Under the pieces are notes generated by a model. The model saw nothing but the letters and a program-made list of their open reading frames with translations, ran no database searches and was not told where the DNA came from. The translations under genes were made by a program, and so were the position numbers. A DNA stretch of 64,000 nt from Azolla caroliniana (Eukaryota; Plantae; Polypodiophyta), in assembly GCA_043228905.1 (NCBI GenBank), contig JBHGNT010000008.1, forward strand, positions 9,114,001 through 9,178,000. Direction: 5' to 3'. Shown one piece after another: positions 26,616 to 38,229 of the stretch; the first letter of the stretch is position 1; every line of letters begins with the position of its first letter.

Positions 26616-29600
26616 ATGTCCATGTCCATAGCCATAGCCATGGCAGACATGGCCTTCTGTGGATGTACCACCACCACTAACAGCAACAACATCAACAAGT
26701 TAAGCTATGGCTTCTTTGCAACACACAAATCTCTGTCTTCATCAGAAGCCCTGTTCCCATCTTTACTACACTTTCCCTCCATATCTTGCAATGAGAAGAA
26801 GAACAAGAAAGCCCACAAGCAGTGCCTCTTTACAGCTATGGCGGAGGCATCAAGGTCGGCTGTCTCAGCACCATCTTCATACAAGAAACAACAGACAAGG
26901 ACCCCAAATGTAGGCAATACTAAAGTTAGACCTAGGAAAGGTAATAGAATCATGAGTAGAGATGGGCGGCCGCCTCCTCCTCGACATAAGCTTCTGGGTG
27001 TTCGAGATGCGATTCTTAAACCCCCTCTGGATGATATTCGACTGGCCAACAAGTTCTTAAGAAGCCCTCAGCTTTCACTAAAGACCTTACCTTTGCTTAG
27101 TTCATGCCTCCCTTTTGCTTCTCTGCGAGCCGAAGATGAAGAATGGATGGATCATCATTTCCCTGAGATCAAAGAAGCCCTCGGGTACCCTCTCGGTGAA
27201 GAGAGTCGTACATTTGATACCATCAAAGATTCCCTCAGCGGATACCCTCTTGAAGGTGATGGTCATTCCAATGAGGATGAAGATACCCTTGGATACCCTC
27301 ATGAAGAAGAGGACCTTTCAGGCAATGCCAAAGATTCCCTTGGATACACCCTCGAAAATGCTCATTCCAATGAGACCAAAAATCCCTTTGGATACCCTAT
27401 AGAAGGGGGTCATCCCGATGACATTGAAAAAACTGTCAGTTCCATGCGAAAGGATCATTCTTATTCTCGGACGAACACCGAAATCTCGCCTGATAGCCCA
27501 CTTTTTCATCGGGATACCCTGCTTTTCCTCGCTTTTCAACACCCAGAAAGTGCGAGGGGTCATATTAAATCAATAAAAACTGGGCATTCTCGGCTCACTT
27601 TCCTGGGAGAGTATGTCCTGGAGCTTGCCCTTGCTGAATTTTTGCTTATGAGGTACCCTCGAGAAACTCCAGCTTGCTTGAGAGAGAGAATTTCTGGGCT
27701 CATCAATAAGAGAGCGTTTCCTCGATGGATAGAGATAGCATCTCTTGATGGTGCTATCTATCCTGATGGTATGAATGCAGTCAGAACTGATGCTCGACTT
27801 CAGACTATAAGGTGAAGATTTCCATTTATGAATTGTTTTGTAGATATAGAAAGGAAGGTATGTTAATGGTGAGACATCTATACCATAGATATAACTGATT
27901 GGCAATGAGAGTAACAGGATATTATGTTCTAAAAAACACACTAGAAAGCATTGCCTTGATCATATGTCCATTATAAAGTATAACCACAAATAAAATGTAC
28001 ACATGTCATGGTTGAGGACTGGAAGCTAAGAGCTGAGTCAAATGTCAAGTTCATTATTAAAAGTATTCATTTTTTGACTTTGAGATCATTAGACCTTTAG
28101 CTATTGCCCCTATTACAAACAAATGGCTTTACAAATTCATTTTTCAAAACTCAAGGGTTGAAAACAATTGCTAACAAAATGCAATGTTAACAAACAAGGA
28201 TTGATTCAAATTCATCCAAATGATGATTACCTCAGTGCAAATAATCATTTTACAGATTGTAAGTATAGCATCTTAAACTATACCAAGGGAAAGTAAATGT
28301 CTTTGCAAAACAGCTAATAGAAATTGCAACATCCAATCAAGAGCTTGGATATGCAGGTGTCTGGATGAGTGCCAACTGGGTTTGTTGTAATTTTAAAAGC
28401 TTGGAATAAGAGATTGGACCTTCAATGTGCGTTGCACTTGTAGTGGGAGACAGGTTATAGGACCCCTAGCTCTCATTTGGTTTCACTAATTGATCATCAC
28501 TTCTCAAGAATCCATTTTATGGTAGGATATTTGAGGAATAGTTAGTCCCTTGATGGTATTATAGACTCTCTATGCTATATTTGTCTTGATAATGATGATG
28601 TCACCTCAAGATGCTACTGGGAAATTACGTATCATTATACATATTGACTCTAGGAAATTACACATATTGACTCTAATTTTGATCTTATGAGATCACAAAC
28701 CATAAATGGTAGGATATGGATTAATACAATTTGATTCAATAAGTGAACCCATAAAGCTGGAACTCATTGTCTAAATATTTCTGCATAATGTTTTTTAAGT
28801 ACCGTGGGATGCCTGTGTCTATAGTCAACGACTGAAACTCAAGGACAGGAAGTCTGTCTCAGAGAACTTTATTTGGAAACATCAGTATTGCATAAAGGTT
28901 CATCTTCTTCCATCCACAGGAGGATGTTGAGTCAGAAGAGTCAATTCTATTACTTTGGGTTTAACTTTCTACAATTCAGAGCATAAAGTAACTTAGGAAC
29001 AGTTGTAACCATTGGTTGAATATGTGTACAATAATAATATGCCTACCTCAATTGGGTGATGTTGAATTGGGAAAGGCTCCTATAAGAGAGTAGAGGGAGG
29101 GGAAAAAGTGTCACCCATTTTGCACATGAATTTTGAGACAGATAAGTATGTCTAAGATGCAGATGAAGCTTATAAGAAGGTTAAGTTTTCTCGTGAAAAA
29201 ACTCAAATCAAATAAGAGAAAGCAGTGGATTGTCACTGTCGTGAACTTGTGTTTGCACTTTGTGCTTGAGTACTCTTGGACATTCAAAAGTCATGGTCAA
29301 GGAAAATGGAAGGCAAGAACATTTCCAAAGTTAGAGTTTTTCTCAGATTTCAAAAAAGATAAGGGATGTAACTACAGTGAAGGCTACCGTTAGTTTGAAT
29401 GGCACCGTGCATTCCATGCGAATCTTCTTCGGCTTTGTGGGCAATTTACTTTCTAGTTTGTCATACCTAGGTCTGATTTGGTGACGATAGAGCTGAATGC
29501 ATTTATTTGAAGTTAAATGCACTTAATATTTATAGTGGAATCTTAGCTCCAATCATTTTCAAGAAGTAAAGATAGCCTCAATAAAAAGCCATTTTGGTAC

Positions 29601-31953
29601 TGAAATATTCAGCTTAGGTTTGGCAAAATCTTGGTGTTATGTTCATTTTTGTTCTTGTATGTCTAGTTTGCACAGTTCTGAAAAATCCAGAAAGACTGGT
29701 TAACCCATAGTCTTTCATCTTAAGAAAGGAATATGAAGCCGCTTTTAAACAATTTCCTTTTAAATAGCTTTCACTAATATAAAATCTCTGTTTCTTCAGG
29801 GGAGTATTTTGTGCGATTGTAGGTGCTTTGTATCTATGTATGGGCATGAGTGAAGTCTATCGATTCCTTTTTGATGTTTGTGGATTTGATCCTGATGTGA
29901 AAGACTGCCAGCCAAAACCAAGACTTGGCCGAGAAGATGTGGATTATGTTTTCCCCGCATTGGAAGAGAAGCAAGTGGAATGGGATGATCTCAGCAAGAT
30001 GGAGGCAAGAAATTGATTTATGTCTTAATATGTTGAGGGAAAAGAAGGTTCAATAATTTTAGGGGAGAAACACCAGAGTACCACAAACTTGTTGGGAATT
30101 GAGCCGAATAACCCCAAGGTTTAAAACATCAGAATGCTGATCTGTAATGCAGTTTTTTTATTTCATTTGGGTATTCTAGTAAGTGTTGAAAACTGAGGGG
30201 TATTCTGCTAAATCTATATACCCAACAAGTTAGTGAGTTTTTGATGTTAAGAAGAGATGTTCTGTTAAGTTTTGAAGACATGGAAGTATTCTGGTAAATA
30301 CAGAAGAAGTTAAGATTACTGTTGGTGGTGTAAATGCTGGAGTTCACTGTCTGAACTACTTATTTGACTTTTACAGACAGCAGATGATGAACTTTTTGCC
30401 AAACCGATGCTTTATAGGGCATGCGTTCCACCTGGTATTCATAGGTTTAGAGGCAACCTTTGGGAGATAGACAGCCTTCCAAAGGTTTTACAAATAATGG
30501 GTTATCCTTTGCCAGCATTGGATAGGGACCCTGCCATTACAATGGCCCGGAATGCAGAATTAGAGCTTGGTCTTCAGGTATGGTATATGCAGAAAATTGT
30601 TAAAGACATATCATGTAACTCATTTGTTTAGGGCCTATGTTCTAATTATTACAAAGCTGCTTTTTATATGGTTCCAGTTCTTAAGAAATTGGATATTATT
30701 ATTACATGTCATCACACCATCAGTTCACGATAATCTGATTGTTATAACTGTGTTTGCAAAACTGTCATCCATCTGTTTTCATGAGAATGCAGTTGATGCT
30801 TGGGATGCTATTGTTTGCATGGAAAACCCCAAAATACCCCTGACTTTTTATTTATTTTCACCAAATGCCCCAAATCCCTTTGGTGTACCCCATCTTGAGC
30901 AATTAACTCATTGGTGAACCCCAAATAACTCATTTCCAAAATGTATTAATTTGTAATAAATTACAGATTTGAATTGTATAATTGAAAGGAGCACATAAGA
31001 ATTCAGAATGCAAGTTAGTGATGTTTAGGAATATGTCATATATATTCTGATTGAAGATAGTTTTTATAACAGCTTTGTTTTCTTCATCCTTCAATGTACA
31101 AATCTCAACATCCTCGGTTTTGTAACGAGAGATTCGAATTCTTGGGATCAAAGATACAGGTATACATGTGTATTCAATATTTCTTCCCCTTGCTTTATGT
31201 TTCAGATGATATACAGATGCATATAACAAAAAACTCCGAAATACCCTTTGGTGCTCCTTTATTTCCTTGAAATGCCCGTGCATTTTTCGCAATTCTGCTT
31301 GAATGCCCTTTTTTATCCCCCCTTCCCCTTGAAAGAGCAATTATGTGGTCAATTATTTTATCCTCTTCTTTCCGTCTTTCAGGCATAGACCAAGGCAGTT
31401 TTGGGGTACTAATGAAAAATCTAGGGAAATAAACAAAAACTTAAGAGTATTTCAGGGTTTTTTCTATAATGTATTTCTAGAAAAAGATAGAAAAAGGAAA
31501 ACATGGAAAAAGCAAAGAACAAGAAAAGCAAAAACTGCAAGGAAAAAACAAAAATAAGGAAAAGGGACAGACAAAGCAAGGAAAAAGGAAAAGAGAACGA
31601 AAATTGAAAAACAAAATAAACCTTAGACTTGATTGCAGGATGTTGTGATGGCAGAGAAGTTGCTCATGAAACACCTGGATGCGCCCGGCTTTTTCTTGAA
31701 GGAAAAGCATCGGAGGCTTCTCTTTAACCGAGTCTGTGGGAGGTACTTCCGGGAGAAGAGCCTTCAAAAATTTATCTTGTTCTCGGAGGAACGAAAGGGT
31801 CTTTTTGAAAAGGCGAGAAAATTAAAGAATTTGGCGACGACTGCTGTTTCATTGGCATTGCATGGGCTTGCTTACACTGTTTATGGAAAAGCTGATGTTC
31901 GACGAATAATGTTTGAGCTTTTTGACTTTGAAAGGCTACAGAACGATCATTAA
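26616..31953 (+). CDS. RNC1: Chloroplast RNase III-domain group II intron splicing factor RNC1; exons 26616-27811, 29800-30004, 30377-30577, 31073-31159, 31639-31953
   Basis: The spliced peptide matches RNC1 motifs: FLRSPQLSLK, GHSRLTFLGEYVLELALAEFLLMRYPRE, RACVPPGIHRFRGNLW, LCFLHPS...HPRFC and MAEKLLMKHLDAPG. It has a Ser/Thr-rich transit-peptide-like N-terminus. All junctions keep frame. The start Met could be 26616 or slightly downstream. Confidence 0.93.
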
Positions 31954-33229
31954 TCATCCAAAAACTGTACTTTTATGGCCATTGAGCCAGTGGCTCCCCA
32001 TCTTCTCAATTTCTCTCTTTAATTGAATGTTTACACAAATGTTAAACTCACAATGGTGCAACATGACAAGGTCCTATAAACCCCAACAAAATGTATGTTT
32101 GTGGTGGTGACTCAATGATAGCATTCATATTAATCCTTCAAATTATTGGCTCTTCAAGAGGATTAAACAACCATCAATGCAAAAGAACTAAACTAAGTCT
32201 CTAGGTGCCCTCTACTGATTTTGTTACTGAGTTGATATAGCCATGAACATTAATGCAATGCCACATACAACAGCTTTTAGATGGAAAAACCTTCATGGAC
32301 TTAAAGCTTATCCTTTCAGGTCAAGTTGATGGCCAAGTTTGTTGAAGACGTTCCACATCTCTATTGATGCACATTTACTGATTAATATAGGAGCCATAAG
32401 TATAGATTTATGCAAATGAAACTTATTGCTGTTGAAGAAAACACACAATGGTTTCAAAATTCTCTTGGCTAGAAGCATTGTTTAATGAAATGAAGGAGTT
32501 CCTCACTACAAGATACCTGTGAAACCATATATCGAGGGATCAATTATAGTGATTTAGAATCAATAGTTTCCTTTAATGCACTGCCAAATTATACCAATGG
32601 TTGACTGAGAGTCCACATCATTTTAGATATAACCAAGGTGTATTGTGCACATTAGATATAGTGAAGAAAACATTTTAGCTCCTTGCCTCATTCCCACAAT
32701 ACATTTTGGTTCTGAGATTGTTTGTGTTTCCCTATTAGCAATACAAGTCCTTACTTGCTTAAAGTCAAAGATATGTTACCATCTTTATTATTTGTTTGCA
32801 CCTCAAACTTAGTCCTACCTTGTTTCCCTCACATTATGAATGTTACATCATATGACATACGTCACAATTGCAAAAGTGTTGCAAATCCATGTCTAATAGT
32901 TTTAGGCGTAACCTTAAGGAGAGATTTTATAGCTGAATTTAATGGTCTATGGGTAGGATTGGGAAACAAGATATCCTAGGACTTGGGACAAACCCATCAA
33001 GACCTATGACACATGGGAACATGTGGTGGTTTGGGAGCCTAAGGTGTTGGGCTATATTAATGGGAAATTGGTTATCCTACAAACTTGGACAAATGCATAT
33101 CGACCTATACCATGTGGGAACACATGGTGGTCTAGGAGCCTTGGGTGTTAAGCTATGTAAAGGGCACTACTTATCCCCTTCATCATGGATGCCAAATCAC
33201 CACGCCCTCAAAATTGACATTTCACATTT

Positions 33230-33945
33230 CTAACAGTTTGCTCTACCATAATGGGAAGGTTTATGTCCAAATCTCTCTCAAGTAAAGAAGAAAATTCTTT
33301 TTGAGTGTCATGATATATCCTTAGCTGGGTACCCTAGAATATATCAAAACTCATTTAAACCTCTATCATTTTTTTCTAGCCTTAATTATATAAGGACATG
33401 CAAATTTATGCAATCAAATGTCTACAATGTTAGGTGATCAATAAGGTTGAGTGGCATAAAGTTGACGTCCTTTTAAATCCCTTAGATATTCCTAATAATA
33501 AATGGGAAACTATGTCTACGAATTTTACTATTAGCTTGCCTTGAACACAAAGACATCACAACTAAATATTGGTTATGTCGATCATCAAACAAAATTAGTT
33601 AGATTTATACCAACTAAAGCCACAATAAGAACTCAAGAATTGGCTTACTAATGTTTACAACTTATTGCAATTTTAGGGTTTACCAATGGATATAGTTAGT
33701 GATAGAGATTCTAAGTGTACTAGCTATTTTTAGACCCAAGTCATTAAAAAGCTAGAAACTACTTTGAGAGTGCATTCCTCAGATTATCCTTAGTTTCATA
33801 GTCGAATTGAATGAGTTAATCAAATTATTAAGGATATGCTTTGAGCCTATTAGGTTAAGGAGCCCCCAAAATGAGAAACAAATCGTCCTTTATTAGAGTT
33901 TATCTATAACAACTCTAAACATGCTTCAATTGGATATACTCCTTT
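33230..33945 (+). mobile_element. Decayed Ty3/gypsy integrase remnant
   Basis: Broken peptides PLDIPNNKWETMSTNF, VSDRDSK and YNNSKHASIGYTPF with many stops. Confidence 0.7.
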
Positions 33946-34358
33946 TGTAGTGTCCTCAAATGGTCCCAACTAGGACACAATCCCAAAACTAATTGGGACT
34001 CACTAGAGAGCCCAATCCTAGTCTCAAGAGGCGTGTGACCATGGTTTATTCCAACTCAAGAGTCCCAACGGCTAGTCCCAATGGCCATCTATGGCCCTGT
34101 ATAAGGAGAGGGCGTGAAAGGGTCATCCTCATTCTTGGATTTGCTCATTTGCACAAGTTGGTGTGTGGTGCTCTCTTCCGTAGATCATATTGGAGTTGTC
34201 CCGACTTGTCCTAGATCACATTTTGGTTTTGTCCCAAAATTGGAACTCCTTATAAATAATATAAGAGCATTTTTGTCCCAGGTTTGGTTTCCATTCATTT
34301 GTTCTTGTATGTAATAAATCTAACCATATTTTTGGGACATAACAGTTGGTATCAAAGC
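33946..34358 (+). mobile_element. 5' LTR (33946-34344) with PBS of a truncated LTR element
   Basis: TGTAGTGTCC...GGACATAACA inverted termini; TGGTATCAAAGC at 34347-34358. Confidence 0.75.
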
Positions 34359-37300
34359 AGGCCAAGCGAGCTCAAGCGGGAAAAATGTAGAAGAAGGGGA
34401 AGTTGGCAATGCAAAGTGACCAACAGGAAAGTGAATCGGAATCGGAAGCGATCAAGGTGCCACAAATAGGAGGGAGCCTCGTGGAGTTCGCGATGTTGTG
34501 TCGTACGACACTGGATCGTTGCGTGAGTCGGGTGGAACCACCGAGGTTTTGGACTACGAGGAGGAATTTAAGACAGATAAAATTATGAATAGATTGTTCA
34601 AAGAGAGAGAGATAGAAAACTCGTGATTTCCACAAGTATTTAGAAACCTAATAATTCCCCAAGAATTCAACCCCCCATTTACATTTTGTTCCCACCCTTA
34701 TATAGTGATGGGAGAGGCTAAGTATAGCTTGCCACATGGCAAGCATCATGCTTTCTCTAACTATAGTATTCATGCACCCTAGTTGTCCATGAGTACCTTT
34801 CCTAGAATATAGATGTGAGGATAAGCTCTCATATATATTAAAATACATAATTATATTATTTATGAGGAGTTAGTACAATGGTAAGCTTTGGACTTGATAA
34901 TATAGAGGTATAGGGTTTGAAAATTACCTAGTGCATCTAATATATTTTCGTTTATCATTTTCTTCTATTTCTTCATACCTATTCATTCGGGTACTCCGTA
35001 CGTTTTTCACGATGTGTACGAAGTATGCTATGACACTCACCCCTCCGAACCTGCACATCCTCCGGTATGTGTTGAAGTTATCGATGCTCGTTATTCTCCT
35101 TCATCCATACTACCCTCAGTTTCTCCCACTATATTGATTGTTAATTCCAACCCGCTTTCTTCACTTCCTACATCTCTATGATCCATGTCCACTTGTTCCT
35201 TTGTGTCGGTGTTGTCTAAAGCAAGGTTTTTACGTACGTTAGATACGGTACGAATACCATATGTATATAACATATTAATACGCGTTAGTACCTCCCAATT
35301 AAAAAATATGTTAAATACGTTTTTCAATATGTTAAATACCTATAAAATACGTATTTTACTTATTTTACGTATAGTACGTTAAATACTTTTAGAATTTGAA
35401 AATTATTTACTTTTGTAAAAAATATTTGTAATATTGTAAAAAGCATCTATGTTTACACAATTTTGTGATGTACATTATAGTTCTACATCCTAAAATGCAT
35501 ATAAGACATTTGAACATTTTACATCCTAAAATACTTATAATATAGATGTCGACATTCACTTATTCTATAAATTAGTGTAAGTGTGCATCTCAATGTTCTA
35601 CTTCAAATTGTAATTATTTACGATTATGCCTTCATAGCTTGAGGAATCGTCTATGATTATTACACTCAGGATAGGTTTCTGTCATCTTTTCTCTCTTCTT
35701 ATCTTCTTCTTCTTCTTCTTCTTATATCTTTTATGATTATCACACTAAGAGTCAGGACGTGTCTCTGTCGTACTCTCTTCCGTTCTTCTTTCTTCCTTCG
35801 TTTTGCTTCTTTTACACTAAAATCTTTTTTTTCTTTTGCCTTTTGTTGGGGTTTTACTTACATTTTTTTATAAAAATACGTATTATACCTGTTTTTTCAA
35901 ATGTACATTAAATATTGTGTTGGACAAATGTACATGATATTTGACTAAACAACATCAAGGTATAGTACGTACTATACAAATTATGAGGTATTATACGTAT
36001 TTAAACGTTAAATATGGCTACGTAAACAACCATGGTCTAAAGTTACGCAGGGCTTCATGTCACTTCGCTTCTTGAAAATCTTTACCCGTTTCCTTGCTAT
36101 AGGCACCCGCAATACCTTTCCATCTAGCTCGCATAGTTGGTAAGTTCCGTTGTTGAATACTTCATTGTGGGATCCGCCCATAGTGCATACGGAAGCATCT
36201 GCGGCCAAAGATTTACTCTTCCGTCACACGCTTTTACCAATGCTTTCACAAATGGACTATGTTCTCGCTTGATCTTCCCGTTGGCTTTTGGATTCTATGT
36301 CATGGTTAATGTCAACTGTACTCCGTGTTTGGCAAAGAATTCCTTAGCTTTATCAGAGTCAAGTTCTCCCCGATCGGCAATCACTTGTCCTACACACCCA
36401 TACCTACAAACACTTCTTCCAAGAGAAATTGGCATACTACAGAACATGTTTTCTGCCATAACGCTTGACCTTCTACTTGGTTCATCAGATCCTCCCGAGT
36501 TAGCACCGAGTACTTCTTTTGTCCAATCCTAGTGGGCATTGCCACGATGTCAACCATGCATTTGAAGTTGATTGCCGGTGAGAATGTCAGATGTAGCTCA
36601 TCCCGGTGTCAAACTCCGTAGTGTTACCCGTAAGAATATATGGGGAGGCATAAGGGTATGTGTAATGATGTGGTTGATGTGTATGTGTAAAGTAAATGAG
36701 TGTGTGAGGATGAGTATGTGTGAGCACATGCACAATTATGTGCATGTGACAAGAGTGTAACGGTTGTCTCTCTTGTAACGGTCATTATTTACCGATACAT
36801 TATGTATTATATAAACCCCTTATGGGGCATCTAATGGATATACATTTTTCCCCTCACATGTCACTTCTTATTTTCACTCTCCTTCTTTCTCTATCTCACA
36901 TAACCCCCTTGGGAGGGGGCTGGAGCCATTCTAGGCTTCACCCCTCACCCGACAACACTTTTGGCACGCCTGAACGGCCGACCTCCCTTGAGCGGAAGTC
37001 TATCCTCACTTTCCCTCTTCGTCACTAATCCCTCACTCTCTCTATCTCTCTCTGCATTGTGAATGTGTGTGTCTCTCTCTATCCCTAATTCTCATCTACC
37101 TTGTTTGACTATTTACTGGTATCTACACTCATGGGGAAGGAGAAGATACATATGAGCATTGTTGCTTTTGGCCATGGCTAACTTGTATTTCTACATCTAT
37201 GACGGTGGAAAGAACCAAATCTAAGTAGCGAAGCAACTGCAACAACATACCACTTTCATGTCAGCAGTGGTTTGAGAAGAGTTCCCTTCCTCGATTAGCT

Positions 37301-37503
37301 CTAAGCATAGGGAAGATAGGGATGCGAACTGCAGAAGTAGATTAGCTTCTTCTTCTTCTTCTTCTTCTCCCCTATTTCTATTACTGCTCTGCTCCCTGTT
37401 TGTTGATGTGCTTCTCACCATCGCCATCGCCATCCTTACCATCGGGCTGTATATCTAAACACCTCCATCACCACCACCACCACCACCATGGCATCCACCA
37501 CGA

Positions 37504-38170
37504 ATGGGCCTCCCCTGTTCTCGCAGATCCCCCAAAACCAGAGCCTATAGAGCTAGAGCCATGGCCTTGGCCAACCTCGACTCTCCAAATCAGCTCCTTG
37601 CTCCCCTCTCAAGCCTTGCTCTCGAAGCGCCCCACACCTCTGCTTGCTCTAATTCCTTCCATGTCATCCACAAGGCCCCCATTGGAGACACTCCTTATGT
37701 CAAAGCTAAACACGTCCAGCTCGTTGACAAGGACCCCAACAGAGCCATCGCGTTGTTTTGGGCCACCATTAACGCAGGAGACAGAGTGGACATCGCATTG
37801 AAAGATATGGCAATGGAGATGAAGCAGCAGAATAGGCCGGAAGAAGCGATCGAGGCCATCAAGTCGCTCCGCCATGGATGCTCAGACCATGCTCAAGAAA
37901 GCCTGGATAATGTGTTATTGAACTTGTATAAGAGGTGTGGACGGTTGGATGATCAGATCGCTCTGTTGAAATCTCGGATGTGCATACATGCAGCAATTGG
38001 GCTTTATAACGGCAGAAGCACAACAACAAGGTCTGCAACGTTGGGATATGTCTGATGGAGCAAGGCAGGCGGAAGGAAGCGAAGGCCATGCTCAAGAGCG
38101 TGAAGTCTGCTTGCGGCAATAGTCCATGGGTCTCCGTTTCTCATCTGAAATCCTTTGATCGAGCTCAACA
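37504..38170 (+). pseudogene. Intronless, internally deleted copy of an MS5/POLLENLESS3(TDM1)/SDI1-family TPR gene
   Basis: FHVIHKAPIGDTPYVKAKHVQLVDKDP...AGDRVDIALKDMA...QESLDNVLLNLYKRCGR. After deletions and frame changes come NLGCAYMQQ, NNKVCNVGICLMEQGR and SHLKSFDRA. Confidence 0.85.
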
Positions 38171-38229
38171 GATGCTGTAGGACATGGAGGCAGAGGAGAG
38201 ATGGTTGTGTCTTCTTCTGTGTGCTTTAG

